Source: a virus
Taxonomy: Duplodnaviria; Caudoviricetes
Length of the DNA stretch: 40,989 nt
Reading direction: 5' to 3' (one strand)
Virus record (IMG/VR): IMGVR_UViG_3300042542_000879
Span: 1-40,989 of that record
Below the pieces are notes generated by a model, which was not told the DNA's origin, did no database searches, and worked only from the letters and a program-made list of their open reading frames with translations. The position numbers and the translations under genes were made by a program. Positions within the stretch are counted from its first letter, which is position 1, and each line of letters begins with the position of its first letter. Shown here one piece after another: positions 10,501 through 16,997 of this stretch.

Positions 10501-11988
10501 TTTGCTTTATCTCAGGTGCCTCAGGATTCTTTCGCTGCGATGTTCTCATCCGGCTTGAAGCCTCAGTTTGCTTTGACCATTCCTTTCCGCGCCGTTAAAG
10601 AGTTCATCCAGACCTTGCGCGGTAAGAGTACAGCCCATGAAGAGCTAAAGAACTTTGGCGTGGTGGGTGTGCGTGACTTTAGTTCGGCCATGGTTCGCCT
10701 TGATACTGAGATTGCCGCAGGCTTAAAGCCCGCCAAAGGTTTATGGGGCAAGGTTAAAGATCAGCTTACCCACTTTGCCATGGCATCTGATAATGCTGTA
10801 CGTCAGGCCACCTACACCGCAGCTTTAGACCAAGGCTTGTCCAAGGCAGAGGCTCTTGAGAAAGCGTTTGAGATCTTCAATGTGCGCCGCCGTGGCACTA
10901 GCCAAATGTTAAGCTTTGCCGGCCAAGTGATCCCATTCTTTAATGCATACCTTGCTGCTCAGAATGTGGCGTACCGCACCATAACCGGTGTGGGCACATC
11001 ACCTACTCAGCGTGATGCGGCTTACAAGGTTCTGTTTGGCACCACTGCTTCTGTCTTTGCTTTGTCTTTCCTATACGCAATGATGAACGGCGATGATGAG
11101 GACTATCTGACGAAGCCCACGCCTACCCGTGATCGCCTGCTGATGATTCCTGGCACTGGTATGTCCATCCCTCTGCGCGCGGATATGTATGCTTTGCCCA
11201 AGGTTGTGGCTGAACATACCTACATGCTCTTGACAGACAAGGGCTTCTCTGATGGTGCCAAGTTCCGTGCGTCATTGAAGTCTTTGTTGGCAACTTCTAT
11301 TTTGAGTCCTACGCCGGTTCCTCAGGCTGTCAAGCCTTTGGCTGAGGTTCTAACTAATTATGACTTCTTCCAGCAGAAGCCTTTAGTTGGCACGTATCAG
11401 AAGAAGAAAGAGATAGAGCGTCAGTTCGATGACAATACATCTGAATTGGCCAAAGTCTTTGGTCAGTCAGGTTTAATATCGCCTATTGCAGTTGACCATC
11501 TAATCCGTGGAATGTTTGGATCTGCCGGCGGCTTGGTGCTATATGCGACCAATCCTTTCCTGTGGCATGTGACCAGTCCTAACACGCCTCGTCCATCTAT
11601 CTCTATGCGGGATGCGCTTGCTACGATTCCTAATGCCAGTGGATTTGTTACCAAAGAGTATGAGACTGGTTTAAAGAAAGACTTCTTTGCCTTGAAGGAA
11701 GAGGTTGATCGTGCGGCCAATACACTGACGGATCTGAAGCAGCGTAATCCTGAGGACATCAAGGACTACATTAAGGATGAAAAGGTACGCGCCCGCTTGG
11801 GACTGTCTCCAGTGGTTAATCAAATTAACTCTCAGCTTAGTACTATCCGTAAGTCGATCAGCACGATCACCAACTCTACCCTGCCTGCTGACGTAAAAGA
11901 GGCCCGCATTAAACAACTACGGGCCACTGAAGAGAGGATGCTTAAGGGTGTTAATCTTAAGAAGTTAAGAGAGATGGCTCAGATTTAA
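4519..11988 (+). CDS. Giant (2489 aa) polyvalent ejection protein: HExxH metallopeptidase-like, ADP-ribosyltransferase-like (ART-PolyVal) and C-terminal LPD38-like domains
   Basis: VLHEFMH at about 8005-8025. TPAFKRWFGDSKVVD..GNPLVVYHGT...VYPAYLSLQNP...GYDGV...AFSPEQIKSATGNRGTF at about 8515-9040. C-terminal KPLAEVLTNYDFF..KPLV...SPIAVDHLIRGMFGSAG. An SD (AAGGA) lies upstream. Confidence 0.8.
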   Translation: MPIVNVPGVGQVRFPDDMSQEDIINAIENDILKKPEPGFIDRSKQAFKTGLEQIPESLAGIELGGRAALGQKEEASRQAAAIRAQEQQQKPITPITYEELEKTYGKDGAIEVLKKLPAYISEQILQSAPSMAVPLAAAAAVTPFTTPLGGLLAGIGTYGTQQFGQFMRRQAQEGATGETLAPGKAAAVAAATAPIGFFADKFLIGLGKFPPKILGSEALAELAKRTGQSLPGRITTGATLGVIAEAPTEVLEQMAERYQAGLPLDTEDAYREYKEAFAGAAAVGGVGGATARALGGQPALPKPEEESKGLPTPMETLPLPIFSAPPQGMDANRALAMREEAIQADEQRRLAQQMAEEQRMADSQERARSMQGFATPAGGNLQMMGQVRADQQAAVKQQQREQVAAEKARQKQIQDQIKEIENTTYSNDPVANQIMKQRMLDQFAEQQPQGQVIEETPAEVTPAKSTAMSQMAGFASPATTNQEMLGATRKRQADEIKATETAKKKRIKEIQNTVYSPDPLANELAKRKILEQEGLVEVGKQEAQTEEEAPPVEENLEPPSGPVAYENIPGQKAKAPIDQETKEEDRLNIKALKEQEKEIRSQIFQAKRSGTNLRRILAGRLDQAELSEFGDKNSDADKKLISNTGGASLDDIVSDGLLNEFLPIELHRGTDIEMNEVAEETADKSFRATEYIRDLLRTNQNMPYQSQQIIREANLRHDEVLRLIDRYLSTEEINILIQEAIDEQARIDQAAGEAATEGETGTAGRGEETAGTEEIKEEKPKPKKQAPAETPAGQPPILKAPPDLKLKKGRNEQVVLAARELAAKKITREEFDRYVDYYTPIAPVLGSNLEAPIDNALMADILLTKIKQKKKPELIDAPIANGTRVGLRMDIPALDWGRANGVNGSVVSVHEGTNPNNKNTGDNISYRSTGHIKNVVFAPRDQERSFSVAQNIPGRKSEKTPQQTIEGNWINTPPNVLFKRVKNLLNDPEWSQVSLDPLRHAYFYDRASKRPVESADEVLQVGRFVLAKNVKFGEMADYLYSANKGPSNIAVSPEAKRIQDELTGKSFIEMGQWTVRNARNDAEKYFAQKALNVVRALEKQGVEFTFEVQGGDSRNSRLYRAQGVASFLAGKDAKGTQVRIDLNGVPVLENQLGYPSGMNYETVLHEFMHTATRLQNRFLPATHPAVKELNSLFRTVVAEFNKQVRNKTLPESMMKVYKDQTNNLESPDELLAWGLEDRDFQKWLSTIKVGDKTAFDKIVEVVRRMLGISPEFESALDRLIKTTNEILDIDVQDIDTTMRAQGLQLGAPKPKAPAKPPKPRVPFQESLFKQEANTPAFKRWFGDSKVVDASGNPLVVYHGTLKNFEKFNTDAKNQLGAHFAAAPEIANQFANKEEGAVVYPAYLSLQNPYDIGNDLGDWSDVEALKEYLGPAGEGPFSQKQVSAWNTPSDVVNALKNAGYDGVVYDNLFEGENKGISDSRSFIAFSPEQIKSATGNRGTFNPNNPDILSKQGAGTPNSVGQQAMEILSGMGRDVKPPEPGYKEKIRQSWDNAKDNPKATATAARDGFRRFSDQIQTWAFSSDAALNNQIRREVMDSMLGQEEKIGLLLNTSLSQTFHSDAIANLFLRMGNIKYNKELHKWEGIEDKNNFITLSQKLDEIGAKYGLEKPQIELAAHTAFEAKRTKSLVEFNKNLDAQVQELRDAAAEERAKGNAVKASALSEKASSMRQKEKFIHMDESQIRGGMTQFELMPELNQAVEIWNGIRGNAVDKLVESGLWTPDEAEFLLSNADYVPFFREDQLENGKGPKEFMRSLQVQAKERRLKGSDKPVNDIFDNMIRWTQYAVNRSVRNRSALSLATTAESVGLARKIKDVESKENLGVVGVDEDNKPIIGKVSGGAKAFNSLKQAAAANKDVDGYEVVEFKDEEGKTKYFLTPDVSRENVVKVWDGGKQIEYSMEDPMFMEAFQGLESVSIPTIRWMAKMADVLRSSVVLNPLFALSQVPQDSFAAMFSSGLKPQFALTIPFRAVKEFIQTLRGKSTAHEELKNFGVVGVRDFSSAMVRLDTEIAAGLKPAKGLWGKVKDQLTHFAMASDNAVRQATYTAALDQGLSKAEALEKAFEIFNVRRRGTSQMLSFAGQVIPFFNAYLAAQNVAYRTITGVGTSPTQRDAAYKVLFGTTASVFALSFLYAMMNGDDEDYLTKPTPTRDRLLMIPGTGMSIPLRADMYALPKVVAEHTYMLLTDKGFSDGAKFRASLKSLLATSILSPTPVPQAVKPLAEVLTNYDFFQQKPLVGTYQKKKEIERQFDDNTSELAKVFGQSGLISPIAVDHLIRGMFGSAGGLVLYATNPFLWHVTSPNTPRPSISMRDALATIPNASGFVTKEYETGLKKDFFALKEEVDRAANTLTDLKQRNPEDIKDYIKDEKVRARLGLSPVVNQINSQLSTIRKSISTITNSTLPADVKEARIKQLRATEERMLKGVNLKKLREMAQI

Positions 11989-12237
11989 GAGGCGCTCGAT
12001 GGTGACGTTGAGCGCGTCTATCTCCTCCATCTTTCTAATGGCCCACGCCCGCTTCTGGCCATGCCAGCCCATGAAGCTGCCCTGATGGCAGTCCTTGCAC
12101 AGGGCTACGCACGTGTACTGCAAGCCCTGCTTTACATGGTGAGCATCACTAGGACCTGGTTGATCACAGACAGAGCAAGGCAAAGACTTCACCTTGGCTA
12201 GGTGATCTTTTTGCTTGGCCGTTAGTGTGTTATTCAT
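11965..12237 (-). CDS. Ref/DUF968-like HNH Zn-binding nuclease
   Basis: LPCSVC...DAHHVK...VALCKDCHQG pattern (CxxC, HH, CxxCH). Confidence 0.7.
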   Translation of the reverse strand: MNNTLTAKQKDHLAKVKSLPCSVCDQPGPSDAHHVKQGLQYTCVALCKDCHQGSFMGWHGQKRAWAIRKMEEIDALNVTIERLLNLSHLS

Positions 12238-12431
12238 AGGCGTATAGCTCTCTCTTTTAGCATGGCTTCTGCCAGATCAAATGCTTCCTTGGCCACCTGC
12301 TGATCGTCACCCTTACCGGCTAGGGTGATTGTGTAGGCGGCGTAGAAATCTAGGAGGGTAAGCTCTTCGATGGAGGGTGATTTGATCTTGGGGCGTAGGG
12401 CTTCAATTCCCTCTAGATTTTTTCGTGCCAC
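12234..12431 (-). CDS. Hypothetical protein
   Basis: Coupled ORF ending in AFDLAEAMLKER, a common phage small-protein ending. Confidence 0.65.
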   Translation of the reverse strand: MARKNLEGIEALRPKIKSPSIEELTLLDFYAAYTITLAGKGDDQQVAKEAFDLAEAMLKERAIRL

Positions 12432-12720
12432 TAGACTTCTCCTTCATTTGTAGCTTGAGCATCTTGTTGACAAGGACTGCTGTAACTTCCTTGCCACCGA
12501 TGATCATGCCTGATGTCGCCTTATCTGCCTTAACAATATTGATGGCATCTTGAACGGCTTTGTTGTAGCCGCTGGCGTACAGGGGGCCACCCTCAACAAT
12601 CATCGTGATGGCATCACGTACCAGTGAGGAGGCCTTGCGCTCTCCAGCAGCCGCCTTGAGCTTCTTGTAGATAGGCTCAGGCAGATGAACTGAATATGGG
12701 ATTAGGCGTTTTGTTTCCAT
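12403..12720 (-). CDS. Putative ribbon-helix-helix DNA-binding protein
   Basis: YSVHLPEPIYKKLKAAAGERKASSLVRDAI fits a beta-alpha-alpha RHH pattern. Confidence 0.55.
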   Translation of the reverse strand: METKRLIPYSVHLPEPIYKKLKAAAGERKASSLVRDAITMIVEGGPLYASGYNKAVQDAINIVKADKATSGMIIGGKEVTAVLVNKMLKLQMKEKSSGTKKSRGN

Positions 12721-13121
12721 GCTTTATAAGTCTCATTGATTTGTAAAAGTAGTCGAGCTTTCTGTGGGCTCTCGCGGATCTCAGAGCGAGATTGAACAAG
12801 AAGTTTTTCACGCAACCACTCTGTGGCCGGCTCTTCTCCTAAATCAAAGATCTCACCAGACTCAACTAGGAACCGGTGAAAGTACTTATCTTTACAGAGC
12901 ATAGCGGCCAGCTTGACTGGGTCAATCCCATATTCCTCACCGCGGTTCATGGGTTGTTCGTCACCATTCAGGCGCACCATGACAACCTGATAGCGGGCAC
13001 CAACGAAATCCCTGACCAACTTCTCAGGGATCTCGTCTGGGTGGATGGACATGGTCAGCATAAAGCCTGTCCTGTCCTGTTTCAATGCAACCTTAACGGC
13101 TTCGTATTGAATCGTTTCCAT
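12702..13121 (-). CDS. Hypothetical conserved phage protein
   Basis: 139-aa ORF tightly packed within the leftward operon. Confidence 0.75.
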   Translation of the reverse strand: METIQYEAVKVALKQDRTGFMLTMSIHPDEIPEKLVRDFVGARYQVVMVRLNGDEQPMNRGEEYGIDPVKLAAMLCKDKYFHRFLVESGEIFDLGEEPATEWLREKLLVQSRSEIRESPQKARLLLQINETYKAWKQNA

Positions 13122-13123
13122 GA

Positions 13124-13411
13124 TCAGAACGGAATGTCCTCGTCTTTTAATGGCGCTTCCTGCACAGGCTTACGTGGCGAAGCAGGGTCTGCCGGCTTGA
13201 AGTTATTCCAAGACAGCTTGATCCATGCGCCGTACTGGCCATCTGCGTTATAGCCTGACAGCTTGATAACGATCTCGTCGCCATCATGCTCTTCCATGAG
13301 TTCTTTCAGGGTGCTACGTAGCATTACGATCTCGCCCTTGTGGTCTGGCTGATTGTCTTTTGTCTTGTATGAATTGACAGACAGTTTGCCTTTGTTTGGA
13401 TAAGTAGCCAT
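13124..13411 (-). CDS. Single-stranded DNA-binding-like protein
   Basis: Acidic C-terminal tail KDEDIPF (SSB-Ct-like) and a QPDHKG motif. It is adjacent to ERF. Confidence 0.65.
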   Translation of the reverse strand: MATYPNKGKLSVNSYKTKDNQPDHKGEIVMLRSTLKELMEEHDGDEIVIKLSGYNADGQYGAWIKLSWNNFKPADPASPRKPVQEAPLKDEDIPF

Positions 13412-14109
13412 TACACGTTTCCTTTCAGTGTGTCTTTTTTGGTTTTGAAATCTGCCATTAAATTGGCATGGTCATCGACTGAGAACTCTTTGAGCTTGTC
13501 AAAGATACCTCGGTTAATTTTGAATAGATCCATTACGTCCTTCTCTGATCCTGCCTGAGCAAGACCGTGGCGGGCGGCGTCTACAACGATCCCAATCCAG
13601 TCGCCTAGGTCTGCGCCTGGCTCGGTGGTGACCTTTAGTTGCCATGGGCCATCACCATCTTGCATCTTAACTGGTGGCTTAGGTGCGGGCTTGGGCTCAG
13701 GCTTTGGCTCTACCTTGACAGGCTTTGGTGCCTCTACAGGTGGTGCCGAATCGACTGCGTCCCCTTCCACAATTTCCAAAGCTGCCATCCAGAGGTAGCG
13801 GCGTTGATACGAAAGTACGGCGCCCAAATTTTGAATGGGGTGCGCACCTTTGAGGTTAGCCTCGGCCATGGGACTGGTTATAACAATGACTGTGCCGTCT
13901 TCTACATCGGTGATGCAGAGCTGCGCATACTCGGTGTTAAACGTCACTATGCCGCACAGACCAAGCTCGTTAAAGATTGATTGGATTGGCGGAATAAAGT
14001 CAGCCAACTCAAAGTATGAGTAGCCGGCGAATTTGTTAAGGCCTGACTTCTTGATCTCCATGCTCTGAAGCTTGACCCTTGCTTGCATTAGTTTTTTATG
14101 GACTGACAT
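13411..14109 (-). CDS. erf: ERF-family ssDNA annealing protein
   Basis: IKKSGLNKFAGYSYFELAD...PIQNLGAVLSYQRRYLWMAALEI matches the ERF signature. Confidence 0.85.
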   Translation of the reverse strand: MSVHKKLMQARVKLQSMEIKKSGLNKFAGYSYFELADFIPPIQSIFNELGLCGIVTFNTEYAQLCITDVEDGTVIVITSPMAEANLKGAHPIQNLGAVLSYQRRYLWMAALEIVEGDAVDSAPPVEAPKPVKVEPKPEPKPAPKPPVKMQDGDGPWQLKVTTEPGADLGDWIGIVVDAARHGLAQAGSEKDVMDLFKINRGIFDKLKEFSVDDHANLMADFKTKKDTLKGNV

Positions 14110-15007
14110 TTTCTTCCTCTTTGGTTAAGTAAGTTTGATACTGTTTGCAGAACTGAGACACTTGGCAATAGCCTTTGCATCTTGTTCTTTCTCCTAGGCG
14201 AACTTCTATTGAAAACGATTCGCTCTTCTTTGCTGCACCGGTGGCTTTCGCCAGTGCTTCTTCTGCTTCCACCAGTGTTTGATGAACACTGGTTGCTCTG
14301 ACGTTTGCATTCTTCTTCAATGCATACGTTGTCTTCTTTTCCCACATCTCTTCGGGTGTGCAGTCAGGCATCTCTCCGTCTGTCTCCATCTCAAAAAGTG
14401 CCGTGCCATGTTCATCGATGCGTTTGGAAATGTATGCCTCACGCTCCTCGAATGACCAGAGTGGGATATCGATGGTGGCCACTGGTGATTGTGGATAACC
14501 TTCCTTGGTGCCGGCATCACGGGCAGACCAATCACGAATGATGGCAATGATCTGTAGCTTACCGACTGGCACCTTCTTGACCTTCTCCACCATCCAAGCA
14601 TAGATGTTTAGCTGGCGGTGCCAATCGTCCTTCTCATTCATCACTGCCCATGCGCCGGTAACTTTGTAGTCACTGACTGTAATTGTGCCGTTGGGTTCTA
14701 CTTCCTGTAGATCAATAGCACCAGAGATTTTCCAACCCTCAAACTCCAGGTGCAGACGTTCTTCAACAATGTGATGATCGTCCTTGCCGTGTTCCAAGAT
14801 GTTGTGAACAGCAGAGCCGAACAGTGACCATACCATTTCGCTTGCGTCTTGCTCGATATCTTCCCAGTGCTTCTTTTTCAACTGGACAATACGTGGCGAG
14901 TTAATGATCTCTGTAGCAGAGATGTGTGCTTTACCTTTTGAGTACGTGGGTCGTTGAATTACATTGACAAACGTCTGAGGCAGATTAAATTTGTTGGTGA
15001 GTTTCAT
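14096..15007 (-). CDS. Cas4-like PD-(D/E)xK exonuclease with Cys cluster
   Basis: FGSAVHNILE, ISGAIDL, DYKVT, QLNIY and a C-terminal C...RCKGYCQVSQFC. I placed the start at MKLTNK (15007) because of the ATGA overlap with the upstream ORF. Confidence 0.8.
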   Translation of the reverse strand: MKLTNKFNLPQTFVNVIQRPTYSKGKAHISATEIINSPRIVQLKKKHWEDIEQDASEMVWSLFGSAVHNILEHGKDDHHIVEERLHLEFEGWKISGAIDLQEVEPNGTITVSDYKVTGAWAVMNEKDDWHRQLNIYAWMVEKVKKVPVGKLQIIAIIRDWSARDAGTKEGYPQSPVATIDIPLWSFEEREAYISKRIDEHGTALFEMETDGEMPDCTPEEMWEKKTTYALKKNANVRATSVHQTLVEAEEALAKATGAAKKSESFSIEVRLGERTRCKGYCQVSQFCKQYQTYLTKEEENVSP

Positions 15008-15219
15008 TGTTCTTTCCAAGGTGCTCTAAACAGTAGTTCTTTTCCGTAGGCCTGAATCATTTGCTCTACGCTGGACATACGTTCATGTAGGTTTTCAACT
15101 TGCATCTGTAACAGTTTGATTTGTTTTTCTACCCTCTGGTTGTTTTCATACTGTACGCAGGTGTGCCAGTCATCGGGGTTTGGGATACCGCAATCAGGAC
15201 AGGTCAACATCGTTACCAT
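15004..15219 (-). CDS. Small Zn-finger plus coiled-coil protein
   Basis: CPDCG...HTC followed by a heptad pattern. The start is uncertain (15210 or 15219). Confidence 0.55.
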   Translation of the reverse strand: MVTMLTCPDCGIPNPDDWHTCVQYENNQRVEKQIKLLQMQVENLHERMSSVEQMIQAYGKELLFRAPWKEQ

Positions 15220-15439
15220 CCTGATCAATTACTTTGGTGTTTTTGTAAATGGTCATAACTAACTCCATGCAGTCGTGCAGCTTTATACCTTCGGCTACAC
15301 ATAGGGTTGCATAGGCTATGGCCATGCCTGATATGGCGGTACCGAAATCATCGTCTCTGTTTTGTACGAGCTCGACAATCTTTGAAGCTAAGTCTTTCCC
15401 GCCTTCTATGTCAATTTGCAGTCTACGATCTTGAATCAT
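15194..15439 (-). CDS. Hypothetical protein, first gene of the leftward recombination operon
   Basis: The ATG at 15439 (MIQDRRL) is preceded by an AAAGGA SD and a sigma70-like promoter. Confidence 0.65.
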   Translation of the reverse strand: MIQDRRLQIDIEGGKDLASKIVELVQNRDDDFGTAISGMAIAYATLCVAEGIKLHDCMELVMTIYKNTKVIDQDGNDVDLS

Positions 15440-15466
15440 TTGGATTCCTTTTGTTTTGGGAAAAGA

Positions 15467-15494
15467 AATATACCACACATATTGCAAGTGTCAA
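15467..15494 (-). promoter_or_regulatory. sigma70-like leftward promoter
   Basis: Minus strand TTGACA-16 nt-TATATT, with TG two bases upstream of the -10 (extended -10). Confidence 0.65.
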
Positions 15495-15511
15495 CAACTA
15501 CCTGTTATAAT
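15482..15511 (+). promoter_or_regulatory. sigma70-like rightward promoter, probably leaderless
   Basis: TTGCAA-18 nt-TATAAT, with an ATG 7 nt downstream and no SD. Confidence 0.6.
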
Positions 15512-15518
15512 ATTTTTC

Positions 15519-15806
15519 ATGAGATACGCAGCCCGAATAGATGACAATCAAAATGAGATAGTTAGCGCCCTCCGCAAGGCCGGCGCCACTGTCCGTGTGG
15601 TAACCCAAGGTGGAGGACTGCCTGACTTGCTTGTGGGATATCAGGGAAAGACGATCCTGATGGAAGTCAAGGATGGAAATAAGGTGCCATCGGCTAGGAA
15701 GTTGACTGACGCGGAGGAGAAGTTCTTCATGGAGTGGACTGGTGGGCCGTTGGTTATTGTTAATTCGGTTGAAGAAGCTGTTGTTTTTTTAAATAAACTC
15801 TGCTAG
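15519..15806 (+). CDS. VRR-NUC / Holliday-junction-resolvase-like endonuclease
   Basis: AARIDDNQNEIVSALRKAGA...GLPDLLVGY..ILMEVKDG...RKLT is a PD-(D/E)xK pattern. Confidence 0.8.
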   Translation: MRYAARIDDNQNEIVSALRKAGATVRVVTQGGGLPDLLVGYQGKTILMEVKDGNKVPSARKLTDAEEKFFMEWTGGPLVIVNSVEEAVVFLNKLC

Positions 15807-15860
15807 GATAGTTTCACGGTGATTGCAGTTGCCGTTCTTTCCTTTGTTGGGTTTGAGTTT

Positions 15861-15887
15861 GCGGGGTCTAAGGATCCCGCTTTTTTT
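15861..15887 (+). terminator. Intrinsic terminator
   Basis: GCGGGGTC-TAAG-GATCCCGC stem followed by T7. Confidence 0.8.
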
Positions 15888-15899
15888 CAAAGGAACTAA

Positions 15900-16703
15900 A
15901 TGAATCCCTTTCTGATAGATGAGCCTACGGTCATATCCTTTTCGGGTGGCCGCACCTCCGCCTTTATGCTTTATAAGGTCTTGGAGGCTCACGACATGAG
16001 CCTGCCCGAGGAGGCTATTGTCTGTTTTGCCAACACCGGCAAAGAGGATGAGGCCACATTACAATTTGTTAATGATTGCGCAAAGGCCTGGAACGTCAAG
16101 ATTCATTGGCTTGAATATCAGCCGGCGGAACTGACCAAGGATCGCTGGAAAGAGGTGGACTTTGAGACGGCCAGTCGGAATGGGGAGCCGTTCTCAGCCC
16201 TGATTAACAAGCGTAGTTACCTGCCCAACCCTGTCGCGCGCTTCTGTACGTCTGACCTAAAGGTTATTCCCATCCAGAAATACATGTTGTCTAGGGGCGT
16301 AGAAGAGTTTGAGCAGATGCTTGGGATCAGGGCGGATGAAAAGCGCAGAGCTGCCAAGCTTAGGCAGGGTAACCGCACCCCCTTAATTGATGCCAACTTT
16401 AGCCAGTTGGATGTACAAGAATTCTGGAAGGCCAACTCATTTGACCTGGGGCTTAAGTTCCAGTCTGGTGTTACTAACCTTGGCAACTGTGACCTTTGCT
16501 TTCTGAAGGGGCCCAACCAAGTGCTTAGTATTATTCGTGATAACCCAGATCGAGCCCTGTGGTGGGCAAAGCAAGAGCATGATATTGGAGGCACGTTCCG
16601 TAGTGATCGCCCTAGCTATTCACAGATGATGAAGTTTGCTACGGAGCAAATGGATATGTTCGGCTCTACTGAGGAGAGTATTGCCTGCTTCTGTGGGGAC
16701 TAA
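15900..16703 (+). CDS. PAPS-reductase-family (PP-loop) protein with Cys clusters
   Basis: ISFSGGRTS PP-loop, FANTGKE, RFCTSDLK, LGIRADE, GNCDLCFLKG and a C-terminal CFCGD. Confidence 0.85.
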   Translation: MNPFLIDEPTVISFSGGRTSAFMLYKVLEAHDMSLPEEAIVCFANTGKEDEATLQFVNDCAKAWNVKIHWLEYQPAELTKDRWKEVDFETASRNGEPFSALINKRSYLPNPVARFCTSDLKVIPIQKYMLSRGVEEFEQMLGIRADEKRRAAKLRQGNRTPLIDANFSQLDVQEFWKANSFDLGLKFQSGVTNLGNCDLCFLKGPNQVLSIIRDNPDRALWWAKQEHDIGGTFRSDRPSYSQMMKFATEQMDMFGSTEESIACFCGD

Positions 16704-16735
16704 TGGTAATATTACCATTGGGGTGGGTAAACCCT
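16702..16735. promoter_or_regulatory. Operator-like element B, copy 1
   Basis: Perfect 18-bp palindrome AATGGTAATATTACCATT followed by GGGGTGGGTAAACCCT. A near-identical inverted copy lies at 32058-32092. Confidence 0.6.
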
Positions 16736-16740
16736 AATAC

Positions 16741-16780
16741 TGTCACCTAGTTGACAGGTAAATTTATTCTGTGATATAAA
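16741..16780 (+). promoter_or_regulatory. sigma70-like promoter whose -35 overlaps a TGTCAC-N4-TTGACA palindrome
   Basis: TTGACA (16751)-18 nt-TATAAA, with TG upstream of the -10. Confidence 0.6.
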
Positions 16781-16811
16781 CCAATTGTTGCTGTAGTGAG
16801 CAATGGATTAG

Positions 16812-16907
16812 GCCACTTAGATGTGCGTTTCGCTTTACCTAATGCTTTCGGTCGGAGAGTCATTAGGCAAGGTCACTACCGAAGCGCACACTTAAGTGGC
16901 TTTTTTT
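16812..16907 (+). ncRNA. Long branched hairpin ending in a U-tract (attenuator / c4-like structured RNA candidate)
   Basis: GCCACTTA/TAAGTGGC, TGTGCGTTTCG/CGAAGCGCACA and CCTAATG/CATTAGG stems, an unpaired TCACTAC bulge, then T7. Confidence 0.6.
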
Positions 16908-16912
16908 GTTTT

Positions 16913-16997
16913 TGAGACTGAGACTGAGCGGTGGGTTAGCGCCACTGGACGGTAAATGTTTTGAAAACACTGCTTAATGTGAGCAGTCTCAGTCTCA
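16913..16997 (+). ncRNA. Multi-stem structured RNA candidate closed by a perfect 14-bp helix
   Basis: TGAGACTGAGACTG/CAGTCTCAGTCTCA encloses GGTGG-GTTAGCG-CCACT and TGTTT/AAACA hairpins. Confidence 0.55.

Noticed and set aside
1243-11916. Numerous antisense and alternate-frame ORFs in the structural genes
   Set aside because: They are shadow ORFs of long biased-codon genes, without SD or recognisable motifs.
14096-15007. CRISPR-Cas system suggested by the Cas4-like gene
   Set aside because: There is no cas1/cas2 and no repeat-spacer array in the window, and the context is a recombination operon.
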